Below, piece after piece: positions 13,271 to 27,571 of a DNA stretch of 50,290 nt. The position numbers and the translations under genes are program-made. Positions within the stretch are counted from its first letter, which is position 1; each line of letters starts with the position of its first letter. The DNA comes from Octopus vulgaris. Taxonomy: Eukaryota. Location: positions 1 to 50,290 of the forward strand of contig CATOCA020000027.1 in NCBI GenBank assembly GCA_951406725.2, in the 5' to 3' direction. Under the pieces are notes generated by a model. That model made no database searches and was not told where the DNA came from. It saw only the letters and a list, made by a program, of their open reading frames with translations.

Positions 13271-15128
13271 ACACATACGCGTCCCCGCGTAGTACGAATT
13301 AAGAATTGTAATGGTTATTTAGATGTTATTCAGACGTTAATCTAAGTCAGAGATATTTTTAAATAAGTCGACCAACAGGTGTTAATACATACACGTTATT
13401 TACATTATCTAACCATCAACAAACAATCCACCCAGTGTGCTTCCAGTTCGTAATGACAGAAATCGTGTACTTTAGTATTCATGGCTAAAACTTTTAAAGA
13501 GCCCCGCTTCTTTTACGTTTCTTAATAAGTATGGCAGTTAAGTGGGTGAAGATTGTTTAGATGTTCGAATATAGAAATAAAAGAAGTTGAAGGGAGATCA
13601 TATTAACGGCTTGACATAAAATAATTGTCTATTGAATGAAAAGAGAATATTTACTGAATGGCTCTTTCAAATTTGTCTCCAGGGCGTGGCTTTTAATACG
13701 GGTTCTATTAAATACCATTGTGCTATTGAGATCGTTTTTCTGTCATTTGGGTGACTATAAACCAGTGCTCTGCAACCGATATGCTGTGGAAAACTGGTGT
13801 GCTACGAGACGATGCTAGGTGTGCCACAGAGAACCAGAAGAAACTTTCTATGTATAACGTGACCATCCAAGGATCTAATAGAGTTAAGATGTGTCTTACA
13901 AGGGCGCAGTAAACATGAGAAAGCAACCCAAAAGAATAGTATGTGGTGCATGTATATAATTAGGAGAAGGCATACAAGCATGTGTGCGAACGTTGAGACA
14001 ATTGTACAAATATACAGAATATTTACTAAAAAAATATGTACGTAAATAGATGTCCTGAAAAATTAAAAATTAAGTGATATACAAAACTAAGCAAACGCGA
14101 AGGAGAATGAAAAAATACATAAAAAAAACAAGCAACATAAAGGCCAAACTAGGCACATGCTAGGAAAGGTTCCAGTCTATGTACAAGCGTTTGAGTTAGC
14201 TCAAAGTAGAAGAAATTCGTACAAGTGTTATAAGCGTGACAGGGAAAAGGGGAAAACAGCAGAATTTGCTGTGTCTGATGCTGTACTATAAGCCAAAGCT
14301 TTGCATCATAGGCACGAGGATCAAGGAGAAAATACTGTAAGATAGGTAGAATGCATTCACAAATTATAACGAGAAGTGTTCATCGTGCAGGTTTTTAGAA
14401 AGTCCACAGAAAGTGAATCCAATGATGCGAAAATATGGAAAGTTCATATGTATATAGTGCACATATACTGAAGGTGAAAACAGTAGTGCAAGGCATTGTC
14501 AAAGTACATGCAGGAAAATTCTTCTGAAAAGTTTAGCACGCCGAGAAATTAAGTCTTGCAACTTCATATAAGAAGAGAAAAAAATGACAATATGACAAAA
14601 GCTGTAATGTTGAAAGTTAACAATAAACTTACAGGAGCAAAAGTTGAGCTGGTGCGAAGATGATCTTGAGAAGTTGGACTTGCAGTGGTAAAAACGGTGT
14701 AAGCCATGCACTGAACAAAGTAGGATGTTGAAACGAGGGTAAATTTTGATACTTTTTCACCCGCGTGATTTTCACTAAAAAAAAATCGAATTTTTTGCGT
14801 AGAATCAAGTACCCTGGCCTCCTAATATACTGCAAACCCCTTATTTTTGTTCGGAAAAAAGGTGTGGTGGAGAACATATTTCTGTGTACTTTCCTCTGTT
14901 TATTAAAGTCACTGAAATTTTTGCGCGCGCACACACAAACACAAAAATTGTCCAGGCATTTGGCTATTATTTTTAGCGTATCGACATTTACAGTTTCAGA
15001 CAGTTTGGAGTTTTTGATAGAAAATTTGAAATTTAAAAAAAAATTTTCTGTATTCTTAATCTCCGTATTTTTCCATGTACATTGAAAAAAAAATTTAATT
15101 TTGAAAGAGTTCAGCAGTAAATGTGCAA

Positions 15129-15186
<58 letters not shown>

Positions 15187-15515
15187 TTCTATCCATCTCT
15201 ATCTCTCTCTCTTTCTAGCCATCTCTATATCTCTCTCTCTTCCCCCCTTACACACAAAGATATATTTTTTTAAATCGCTTTTTGAAGAGAGAAAAATTTT
15301 ATTTTCTCTCTCTCCCACCTCACACAAAAATTAGTTTGGGCACGAAAGATTGTTTTTCTAAATCCCTGGTATAAAGCTGAAAATATTTAGTCGAGAAAAA
15401 AAATGTGTATTTTACTGAGAATTAATCCAATTATTTGACAGGAAAGAGGTAAGTAATACGTCGGTGAATTTTTACCTGTCTACATATACATACATGCCAT
15501 TATATATATATATAT

Positions 15516-15700
15516 AACGTAAGGTGTACTAGCCATCTGAATGTGGCTAGCCACTGGGGGTGGGGTGTTACTGATGCTTTTAGCCCCAAAAGCATCAGTA
15601 ACACCCCACCCCCGTTGGCTAGCCACATTCAGATGGCTAGTACACCTTACGTTGTCGAGCGGTTACTGTTTATATCTCGTTCAGAGATTTATTAATGCTT
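15516..15700. repeat. Short fold-back palindrome (66-bp arms, 6-nt loop) with ~45-bp unique tail, in (TA)n
   Basis: 15516-15581 pairs with 15588-15653. Confidence 0.85.
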
Positions 15701-15756
15701 ATATATATATATATGTATATATATAAAATAATATGTTACAATTACTCAATAGTCAA

Positions 15757-15817
15757 GATAAAACTCTGAGTTTCAGATGCCGAAGTGGAAACCCACAACA
15801 CCATCTCTTCGGTTATC
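15757..15817 (-). ncRNA. Hammerhead motif, variant core CCGAAGA
   Basis: gataa-CCGAAGA-gatg...catct-GAAA-ctcagag-TT-ttatc on the minus strand. Confidence 0.6.
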
Positions 15818-16116
15818 TGGCCATCTGAAAAAACGTTATGAAAAAATACCGTTATATAAAGGGAAATTACTGTGTTATAATTCTGCTACTTATATAAAAT
15901 AAGATTAAAATTTCATAGTAAGCATGTCTAGTCATACGCTCATACGTGCGTACTTATACGTCACTATGAAAACGTACACATCTTCACTCGCATTTTTCGC
16001 CAAATATATACGCATATATACACACACACACACACATGCGTACCGTAAAAGTTCATACATACATCTATATACGCACAAGCACAAGAAAAACCATGGTTAA
16101 AGGTAACAGAAAAAAA

Positions 16117-16250
16117 CTTTCTTTCACTCTTTCTTCTGTTGGCCTGCTCGCTTAGCCAGCGGGGTGGCGTAATTCGAAGGCTAAAACAATGCGAACGCAT
16201 TGTGACCCACGATGTGTAACAACATCTGATAGTCTGGTCGGTCACGTGAT
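16117..16250 (+). mobile_element. SINE family A, tail type 2 only (5'-truncated)
   Basis: Matches 25030-25170. Confidence 0.8.
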
Positions 16251-16714
16251 ATATATATATATACCATGCAGAGGGACTGAACGTGGAACCATGTGCTTGG
16301 GAAGCAAACTACTCAACCACACAGTCATTCTTGCACCTAATGTGTGTGTATGCGTGTGTGTGTGTGTGTGTGTGTGTGTTTACATTTGTTACCAAATCGT
16401 GTATTGTGTCACACATCCATCACACTCACGCACGCACGCACGCACATTGATACGTATCTATCTGTGTATATTCATTTCTTTATTTATTTATCCACGCATC
16501 CATCCACTTATCCAGCCAGCAAGCCAGCCAGCAAGCCAGCCAGCAAGCCAGCCAGCAAGCCAGCTGTACACTTCAGTCCTACTAGCCCCACTGTTTACTG
16601 CCATTAGTGGTGTGTGACATCAATAATTTGTCCTCAATGTATGCGCTTTTATTGTTCCTTATACAAACATAAAATGCACTCAACATCCAATACGTAATAC
16701 AAGGATAAATATAC

Positions 16715-16842
16715 TTTTCTACTCTAGGCACAAGGCCCGAAAATCTTTTTTTGTGGGGCAGTCGGTTAGAACGACTCCAGTACGCAGCTGGTACTTAATT
16801 TATCGCCCGGCGTGCTAACGTTTCTGCCAGCTCGCTGCCTTA
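16715..16842 (-). mobile_element. SINE family C, internally deleted
   Basis: Head (ctgccagctcgctgcctt) and tail (tttctactctaggcacaaggcccga) on the minus strand. Confidence 0.65.
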
Positions 16843-17026
16843 ATACAAAAATAGATATAGTCAGTGATCACGACAATGATTACTTCGATCGTTCGACTAT
16901 CACTCGATGCTGGGTGATGAGAATATAGTTGTTGTTTTTTTTGTACACTAGTAGGATACACACACATACACATGTACATACACACACCTATACATTCTCA
17001 TATGGCGTAGTTGTGTAGTAAGAAGC

Positions 17027-18960
17027 TTGCTTCCGGTTGAACAGTGAGGACGTGTAGCTTTGAGCTCCGTCCTAAAAAGAAAAAAGAACAAAAACAGTGT
17101 TCTTCACGCACCTGTTGAAGTCGTCATGCTGGTATGCAGCTGGCGAAAGTTGAACTGAAAGACGCTCTACTATAAGGTAAGACTTTTTGCTTTTTGAGTC
17201 CAGTAGGATTTGTTGCCTGTTGGTTTTATTTTTTGAACAGGCAAGGAGTCCTTACTGGATTCGGAGCTTTTTGTCTGCCTTGCGATGGAAACGTGTGTGT
17301 TTTCTCACATAATTGTGAGAAATTATTTTTGAAAATTTTTGTGCCCACGTGGATTAAAAGAATTAGATTACAAGGATAGGCCAGGAGTACCTTTTCGGCC
17401 GAAAATTAATTTCTTTGCCAGGATTTGAACTCTTTTCACAACTATCATTTATTTTAAAAGAAAGAACTTTTATTGAACTGTTATTTTAATTTTTTCTTCC
17501 CTTCGGTTGTGTCTTTCCTTCTTCCTTTTTGTGTCTTTCTTTATTTTTCTATTTTGCACTGTATTTGAACTTTTTTTATAAATGGCAAAGGAATTACTTG
17601 TGTGGGATTTAACACCTCCCAAATCATGGCTAAAAGAGCTCGAAAAGAAGACGGTGGTGTTGAGGACTTATTCAATGTCGCTCGATACCATAACCGTCTT
17701 CCCGAAAGCCACAATTTTGAAAGAGCTGGCAGAATACATGCCAGCCATTAAATCTATTTCACGGGGAGTCAAATTTGCAACGGTCTGGTTACTATTTGAT
17801 TCCCCCCAAGAAGCTTGCGAATTTGCAAGCCAGCCCCTCGAGGGCAATGAAATTATGTTCCTCCCCAGTTATTATGGGAAAAAGTTAACGAGGACTTGGG
17901 TCTGCGATCTGCCACCCGGAATTGAGCCCGAGTGGATAGAGGACTCTATCCGCCGGGGTCTGGGTGGTAGCAGTACCAAGCTGCTCAACGTAAAAATTTT
18001 GCCTGCGGCTGATTGGGAGGGGTCAAAAGCTGTGTTGACCCTATGGACCCAATCAACCGAAAGTCTGGTTTTCCCAGATTTTTTGAGGATGGCCGGGTCT
18101 AGGTATCCGGTGATGCTCGAGGGACCCCCCCCCAAGTGTCACCTGTGCCTGGAAACCGTCCACATCAAGAAAAACTGCCCCAAGGACCAAAATAGGATCC
18201 TGGAGCAGTTAACAGAGGAACTACTCCCTGCTCCCTCAATGGAGGGAGAAAAGAAGGAGGATGTCGAGGAGGTGGAAACCTCCTCGAAAAAACGAAAGCG
18301 AAAAGGTGGGCAACAATGGTTGCCCACCGAAGAACCCGAGAAAAGGTGGACCTGCTGGACACAGCAAAGGAACACCACCCTCCCGCGGCCCAAGGGAAAA
18401 ACAAAAGAAAAAAGAAAAACGGGACATTGCCGGCGGGTTGTGACACGCTGCCGGCGGGTTGTGACACGCTGCCGGCGTGTCCCGATTCTCCATTGGCGGG
18501 TGTGTCGCTGGAGGAGGAATTTTTGGTCCTCTTCCACAAGGGAGGAACCTTGCAAAATGAAATCAATAAAATTGAAAGGAAGTCCTACACGGAGGACCCT
18601 GAGTGGCCTTCGCAGGTGGCTGCGGAGGTCATATGGGAGAACGATCTATGTAGGATAACGAACTCCTTCCCGAAGGACTCCTTCAGATTTATGTTGAAAC
18701 CTTTAAGTTCGGAACGGACCAGGTGCTTCGATGAAGCGAGGAGCCTGGCCGGGGGAAAAAATTGAAGAGGTGTATTACCTCAAAAAGAGACTAAAAATGT
18801 AAAAAGTGAGAGGATTATTGCCTCGTGTTTGTGTTTTATTTTAAATTTTGAACTGTGTAAGAGGTTTATTGCCTCATTGTGTTTTTAAAAAAAAAAAGAA
18901 AAAAGAACAATGTTTTAGAGAAGCGAAAGTCGGCGGGTGCTTTTCGTCTTCTCCCATCCT
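17027..18960 (+). mobile_element. Tx1/L1-type element with 5'UTR and ORF1 only
   Basis: cttccggttgaacagt start directly after a SINE B head stub (17004-17030); long T-rich UTR; ORF1; no ORF2 sequence follows; 3' boundary uncertain. Confidence 0.6.
17582..18765 (+). CDS. Retrotransposon ORF1p-like nucleic-acid-binding protein (RRM-like + CCHC); C-terminal part probably frameshifted
   Basis: 358-aa ORF 17582-18658 with VMLEGPPPKCHLCLETVHIKKNCP; a more protein-like C-terminus continues in ORF 18316-18765. Confidence 0.7.
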
Positions 18961-19016
18961 TATCATCCTTATATTATCATCAGTCATCCCATTAATATAT
19001 ATATATATATATCTTA

Positions 19017-20585
19017 TCTCTATATATAAAACTGAAATGCGTTTTTACCGCTTGGATCGCTTTCAATGCCACTACATCCTGACCGATTCGCTCCAAAATT
19101 TACAGGGACATGTAGAATGAGGTGACGATGCTCGTGAGCTACCTTAGAAATCCCTATCTTAAAAGGTGTGGTTGCTAGGGGCCATCTTCCTCACTCACCC
19201 TATTTCCTCCAGTACCCTCTCACTCCTCTTCATTTGACAATGCCACTACCGTTATTCAATGTAAAGTCTTCCTCAAATCACTCTCTCGCTATTTCCTCTC
19301 TTCCAAGAACATTTTCACTCACTCTATCTCTTACCTTCCTATACATTTTACTCATGTATCTATCTGCGTTCATAGACAGTAACAAATATTACATTGTCAT
19401 CGCCATCGCATTCTATTGTCTACCTGTCAACACACACACACACACACATATATATATACATATATCTAATATTATATTTTTATGTTTTTTGTTTTTTTAC
19501 TGTTTCATTTCCCTATTAGTGGTTTGATCTCTAATTTAATTTCTACAGCGTGCACACACACACACACACACACACACCTATATGTGGCCCCAGTAGACCC
19601 GAATGAAATCGGGTTCTCTTCATCAAAATGTGAAAAGGGGTCTAGAATTATCATCGCCACAACTTATGTTTTTCCTAATGATAATTATCATCGCCACCAC
19701 CAACACACAATCATGACAATCTTTCTCTTAAAACAAATCATGTTTACATTGCAAAATATTTCATTTTCCCGTCCTCTCTTTCATATATGTGACCCAGGTT
19801 TGGGTGGCCGCACACCTACAATTAGACAACGGCTAAAAATATTCGATGTTGATAATGCCTGGATCGTTCCATTCAACCCTTTGCTTTCCAAAACATTTAA
19901 TGCACACATTAATGTTGAGTACTGCAGTTCGGTGAGATGCATACAATACCTCTATACAATACATTAATAAGGGCGATGATATGGCTGTGTTTGTGTTCAG
20001 TGATGAAGACATTAGACATGACGAAATTAAACAATTCGTTTTCGGTAGGTTTATATCCTCCAATTATGCAGCGTGGCGCATTTTTGGATACGAGATTCAT
20101 CTAAGCTCACCATCAGTTTTCCACCTGAATGTTCATTTACAGAAGAGACAGCTGGTTTACTTCACAGAGAAAAATGCACGTCAAGTCATTGAAAATCCAA
20201 AAGGGACTACGCTTGCAGCGTTTTTTAAATTGTGTTCAGTTGATGAGTTTGCTGCTACTCTCATTTACCCTGAAGTACCGGAATATTACACATACAACAA
20301 CAATAATTGGAAGCGCAGGTCACATGGAACAGAACTTGACAATTGGCCCGGTGTTTCTAGGAAGAACGTCATTGGGCGTGTGTATAATATTCATCCTACC
20401 AAACAGGAAATCTTCTTGTTGAGAATGCTGCTTCATGTAGTTACTGGACCGAAGTCTTTTGCTGATCTTCGCACGGTTGATGGTATCATCTGCGCCACTT
20501 ACAGGAGAGCATGTTTGAGGCGCGGACTACTTCTCAATGACGACGACTTACACAGGACATTAGCAGAGGCCTCAAAATGAAATTA

Positions 20586-20675
<90 letters not shown>

Positions 20676-20717
20676 ATCTATATATAAATATGTATATATA
20701 CAAAGTGTATATATCTG

Positions 20718-20753
<36 letters not shown>

Positions 20754-20816
20754 GTATACATTTATATATATATACCACACACTTACCCGCGCGTAGAGTG
20801 GGTCACTTTCAGCTAG
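19017..20816 (+). mobile_element. Helitron, internally deleted, retaining a Rep fragment
   Basis: A|TC 5' end; 3' hairpin acccgc-gcgtaga-gtgggt then CTAG|T; termini shared with 30235-32452. Confidence 0.85.
19835..20580 (+). pseudogene. Helitron RepHel fragment (end of Rep domain and linker)
   Basis: DNAWIVPFNPLLSKTFNAHINVEYC, YINKG, DEIKQF..GRFISS..AAWRIF, LRMLL.VVTGPKSFADLRTV..TYRRAC; one frameshift near 19960. Confidence 0.9.
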
Positions 20817-20960
20817 TATATATCTACAATATATACACAATATATATACTGAACTTTACAGAAGTTCCTGCCGGTAATCGGCTATATTTACATACCGAAT
20901 TCTACCAGTAAATAATTGGGGTTTTTTTAAAAACCTTTATAGAAATTATTTACTCTTATC

Positions 20961-21462
<502 letters not shown>

Positions 21463-21483
21463 GTATATTTATATATATATATT

Positions 21484-21534
<51 letters not shown>

Positions 21535-21586
21535 ATTTATATTTATATATATATATATTTATATATATATATATTTATATATATAA

Positions 21587-22350
<764 letters not shown>

Positions 22351-23551
22351 TACATCCAAATTAGAGGCACGGCGATGGGAACGAGGTTTGCTCCCGTTTA
22401 CGCCAACTCTGTAATGGGATACTTAGAACAACAACTCTACCAAGAGGTGGAGGTAAACTATGGCACTGGATTTAGAAAGTATATTGAAAAGGCATGAAAG
22501 AGATACCTAGACGACTGCTTCATAATCTGGACAGAATCTCTAAATACTCTGGAAGAGTTCAATATCCTCCTGAACAACCTACACCCATCTCTCCAATTTA
22601 CAAAGGAGATGAGTAGTACCAAATTACCATTCCTAGATATAATGGTAATTAAAAAAGACACCACCATCACCACAAATATATACTATAAACACACAGACAC
22701 ACATCAATACCTAAATTTTAAGTCGTGCCATCCACCACATACAAAACGTAACATCCCATACTGCCTAGCCAGAAGAATTTGTACCATTGTAGAAGATGCA
22801 AATATCAGGAACAAACGCCTAATAGAACTAAGAGAATTTTTGCTCAAACAAAAATACCCATCTCTACTTATAGAAAATGGCATACAGCGGGCTATAAAAA
22901 TACCCATACAACAACTTAGGACAACCCAAGGAAGAGGAAAACAAGAACAAGTCATACCATTCATAGTGACACACAACCCATGTCACCAGAATATCTTCAA
23001 CATTGCCAAAGCAAACCTACCAATCATTGCCCAAAGTAATGAATTAAAAGACATAATCACGGATCGAGCTATGGTGCTTAGTAAAAGACAGCCTAAAAAC
23101 TTGTAAACATTACTAACAAAGGCAAAATTTGACCTTAGCAACAAAGACCAAACATTCACGGTATCTAAATGCAATGATAGCCGATGTGGCACATGCCAAT
23201 TCATACATACCGGTCAATATATAAACACAAAAACAGGGGAAAATATTCACAAACGCGAATATGAACTGCAAAAGCAGAAATTTAATTTACTGCATCAAAT
23301 GCCCAAATTGTGAAGAAATATATGTAGATCAGACGTGAAACGCACTATTAGAACGCTCACGTGTACACCGGCAACAGATTAGAGACCCAGAGGTCCGTCA
23401 GATACCTTTGAGTAACCACCTAGCAACATGTGGCCGGAAAATGTATATAATATTTCCGTTCTACAAATTACACAGCCCAAGAGAAATCGAGAGGAGAATC
23501 AGAGAAAAGAATTTTATTGATAAATTCGAACCCAAGCTAAATAAGCAATAA
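22351..23551 (+). pseudogene. Penelope RT + GIY-YIG endonuclease remnant
   Basis: GTAMGTRFAPVYAN, RYLDDCF, LPFLDI, YYKHTDTHQYLNFKSCHP, C..SRCGTC, NLIYCIKCPNCEEIYV; stops and frameshifts. Confidence 0.9.
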
Positions 23552-24044
23552 TAATAATACTTAGAGGTATTACTTCCACTGCTACGACCATGACCACTAA
23601 CAACAACAACAATACTAAAGGTGATCAAGACGAAGATAGCAGGAAAATTATCTTATTTAGGGTTAAAGTTCTATTGCCACCACCATCACCACTAGCAACA
23701 ATAATTAAGGTGCTGACAATGATGATGATGACAATTGAAATATAAAAATATAAAAATCTCTGACAAAGGATATTTACAACATTTCTAAAAATAACCCAAC
23801 AATTGCTGCTTCGGCCAGGGTCAAGATACAGGACTCTTGACATGTCCAACAAAGCGTGATGCCTAAACCAATCAGCTCAACCAGCCAATCAGCTTAAGTA
23901 ATTGAGTGATACTACACACTGATTGGTTAGAATACAGTTTGCAAAACCTAGCACTCTGGAGCCTACCCAGCTGTATTTATAGCACAGAATCAATCATCTT
24001 GCTACAGTCAAAAATTGTGAAGCATGACTGTCAACACTACTACA

Positions 24045-24089
24045 TGAACCCGAAGATTGCAGAATTCAATGCATGAAAGTACTAGTTCA
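24045..24089 (+). ncRNA. Hammerhead motif in the Penelope pLTR (variant core CCGAAGA)
   Basis: tgaac-CCGAAGA-ttgca..tgcat-GAAA-gtac-TA-gttca; palindromic stem III AGTACT. Confidence 0.75.
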
Positions 24090-24251
24090 ATCAGAATGAA
24101 CATTTAACATTCTACTATTTCATTTTATTTTATTCAATTATAATATATTATCTTATAATATATCATTATAAGATTGTAAATAAAACGTGAAAATCAGACA
24201 AGGTTGGAATTCCTTTTATTAATATATTCTTCTATACACAATCACACACAC

Positions 24252-24348
<97 letters not shown>

Positions 24349-24349
<1 letters not shown>

Positions 24350-24780
24350 ATTGTTATATTTCGGAATGGTCATTTTGCCAGTTTAGTCAATAAAAACACA
24401 CGCACTATATATTTGGTGTTATTTTGCTTCAGTATTATTTATTTTTTACATTAATCTTAATCTTATTTCGGCCAGAGTTCTTTCGTCACACTCCTGTGAC
24501 CGCATCAGTGGTCCTTTGTTTTCTTCTTTCTTATTTGTGTCTCTCCTTACTAACCGTCAGCCTGATGCGGTCACAGGAGTGTGACGAAAGAACTCTGGCC
24601 GAAATAAGATTAAGATTAATGTAAAAAATAAATAACACTGAAGCAAAATAACACCAAATATATAGTGCGTGTGTTTTTATTGGCTAAACTGGCAAAATGA
24701 CCATTCCGAAATATAACAATATCTGTTTCAACACACGACTTCACATAAAAAATCTTGCACAACAAATATTTAAACGTACT
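24349..24780. mobile_element. Fold-back element (160-bp arms, 53-nt spacer, ~60-bp tail) in (TA)n, with degenerate hammerhead-like core
   Basis: 24349-24508 pairs with 24562-24721; CTGATGC-g-gtcaca-ggag-tgtgac-GAAA in each arm. Confidence 0.75.
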
Positions 24781-24871
<91 letters not shown>

Positions 24872-24873
<2 letters not shown>

Positions 24874-25162
24874 GAGGCGCAATGTCCCAGTTGTTAGGCC
24901 AGCGGACCCGTGGTCGTAGGATCGTGGTTTCGATTCCCAGACCGGGCGATGTGATTGTTTATTGACACCTAAAAGCTCCACGAGGCTCCGGCAGGGGGTA
25001 GTGCTCCCTGCTGTACTCTTTTACCACTCTTTCTCCCACTCTTTCTTCTGTTGGCCTACTCGCTTAGCCAGCGGAGTGGCGTCATTCGAAGGCTAAAACA
25101 ATGCGAACGCATTGTGACCAGCGATGTGTTACAACATCTGTTGGTTTGGTCGGTCACGTGAT

Positions 25163-25170
<8 letters not shown>
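24872..25170 (+). mobile_element. SINE family A with tail type 2, in (TA)n
   Basis: Head matches 879-1060; tail ends ggtcacgtgatcacgtga. Confidence 0.85.
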
Positions 25171-25195
<25 letters not shown>

Positions 25196-25199
25196 ACTA

Positions 25200-26835
25200 T
25201 TTTCAAACAAGATCGGTAATAGATCGGTACCTCCAATGCCTAGATTGGTCATCACGCGGGACGTAGTCAAACGTGTTATTCAAGGCCTCGACGTCAACAA
25301 GGGTCACGGCCCTGACGGCATACACCCACGGGTTATCAAAGCGTTGGCTCCGGTCATCTGCGAGCCCTTAACACGTCTATGCAATATGTCATTGGCGACG
25401 GGTGTTATACCTGCCGACTGGAGAACAGCGATAATCTGCCAAATTTTCAAGAAAGGGAGCCGCGAAGACCCGCTTAACTACCGACCGGTTTCCTTACATC
25501 AATAATCAGCAAGATGTTCGAAACCATCCTTAAGAAAAGTATGATGCTCCACCTCCAAAACACAGCCTATATCTCTGATTCCCAACACGGCTTCGTGCCG
25601 AAGAGATCATGCTTGACCAACTTACTGGTAATGGAAGAATTGGTGACGCGCATCCTCGATGATAGTGATGCTGTTGACATCGTTTTATTGGACTTTGCCA
25701 AAGCTTTTGACTCGGTAAACCACCGCCTATTACTTGTCAAGCTTCAAGCATATAGTTTCCATCCGGATATTGTACGATGGGTTGGTGCCTTCCTCTCAGA
25801 TCGCTCCTTCTAAGTCCAAGTAAATGGTTCGCGGTCCGACGTCTCCAGTGCGAGCAGTGGCGTGCCTCAAGGTTCAGTGCTTGGGCCCTTATTGTTCTTA
25901 GTCTTCATAAATGACTTGCCCGACGACCTCACGCAACACACCCTTCTATTTGCCGACGATATCAAACTGGTCGCTCCTCGCGGTGATATAGAGGATCTTC
26001 GTCGATGCATCCACCAAATTTGGAAGTGGTCTAACGAATGGGACCTGTGTCTGAACGTGTCAAAGTGCTGTCATCTGCCTGTCGGCTCTCCTCCTGCAAC
26101 TCAACTTGATTTCGAGCCGGGTCGTCTGCTGCTGGAGAGGACCGATCAGGTAAAGGACCTGGGTATCTTGGTGGATTCCTCCTTTTCGCCTTCGGCCCAG
26201 TGCGTCCATACTGCCAACAAAGCACGCGGAATTCTGTTCTTGATTCGACGGTCATTCGGAATGCTCACAGCAGCCATATTCCTACCACTCTATGTCACGC
26301 TGGTGAGACCCATATTGGAGTACGGGATTCAAGCCTCTTCTCCTTATCTCCTCAAAGACATACAGCATCTCGAAAGAGTCAGAAGCTGGCTACCCGCATG
26401 GTTCATGGTCTCAAAAATTTGTCCTATGAAGAAAGGCTGAGGACGCTCGACCTTTATTCTCTTGAAAAACGCCGCCGCCGTGGTGATCTCATTCTCGCCC
26501 ACAACATCATAAGCGGAAAGTGTAACCTCTCGAAAGAGCTGTTCTTCACTCCTGCTCCAGAGCGTCGGCTGCGGGGTCATTCCGAAAAGCTCTACCTGCG
26601 ACGATTTCATCTCAATCGAAGGAGAGGAGCTTTCTCCGTCCGGGTTGCGGATCCGTGGAACAAGCTGCCAGACGAGATGGTGAAGATGCCGACGACCGCT
26701 TTGTTCAAAGCCTCCCTTGACCTCAAGTGGCCTGAACTCTTTACATGAACACCACCCTGTACTTAACTCCATGTCTCCCTACATGGCCTTGCTATTTGCT
26801 TTTGAGCCAAATTAACTAACTAACTAACTAACTAA
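25200..26835 (+). mobile_element. CR1-like LINE, 5'-truncated RT pseudogene with (TAAC)n tail
   Basis: GPDGIHPR, NYRPVSL, QHGFVPKRSCLTNL, DFAKAFDSV, PQGSVLGPLLF, FADDIKL, RRRRGDLI; frameshifts and a stop. Confidence 0.9.
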
Positions 26836-27125
26836 CATATATATATACATGTGCATATACATACAAACATACATTTGTGTGCCTGTGTGTATGTATATGT
26901 TTGTAGGTATGTATGTGCAACGAACTCAAGACATGTAAGGAAAAAACACAATATAGCATACCCGACAGCCAACCGTAGAATTCGTCGTAGTATGTACGAA
27001 TGTTTATCTTTACATATCTATGAAAATGGCGGGCTTATTCGCAATGCATTTCGGTAACAATTTGCCTATTCGGAACAAAAATTCAGTATTGGACTATTCC
27101 GGTGAAAAATATAAATTTAAAATTA

Positions 27126-27185
27126 TGCACTGAAGAGCATAGAATGCATTTTCTGCATTGATTGCGAAATCACAGGTGATATGTA
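27126..27185 (+). ncRNA. Type I hammerhead motif, unit 1
   Basis: tgca-CTGAAGA-gca...tgc-GAAA-tcacaggtga-TA-tgta. Confidence 0.8.
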
Positions 27186-27571
27186 ACTAAATTCTATTTT
27201 TAAATGACTTGCTTTGAAGTTTTGTATTCGGTACAATTTGTTTATTTTAGTAGTTTTGACTGCAAGAGTCCCTCCTAGCCTGCGGTACCTATGAATAATA
27301 GTACCCTCTATATAATATAAATAAATATTTTCAAAGTGGAAAAATTTACAGATTTTTTTCTCTTACGAGGTTTTTCACGCTAACTACTGATAATTTCTTA
27401 TAAAGATTTTATCCTTAATTTTAAATTTATATCTTTCACCGGAATAGTTCAATACTGAATTTTTGTTCCGAATAGGCAAATTGTTACCGAAATGCATTGC
27501 GAATAAGCCCGCCATTTTCATAGATATGTAAAGATAAACATTCGTACATGCTACGACGAATTCTACGGTTG

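Larger units (their letters stand above)
22351..24230 (+). mobile_element. Penelope-like element, 5'-truncated, with 3' pLTR
   Basis: RT C-terminal half, GIY-YIG domain, then a UTR with a hammerhead. Confidence 0.85.

Noticed and set aside
13600-15100. Higher-complexity stretch that might be a decayed transposon or exon
   Set aside because: No recognisable protein motif, splice-bounded ORF or terminal repeat by eye; needs a homology search
18428-18477. 21-bp tandem repeat resembling a CRISPR or regulatory array
   Set aside because: About 2.5 head-to-tail copies without spacers inside a retroelement ORF; eukaryotic context
24562-24606. Hammerhead call in the 24.3-24.7 kb palindrome
   Set aside because: Core is CTGATGC, the base at the cleavage position is G and stem I is minimal; kept only as hammerhead-like
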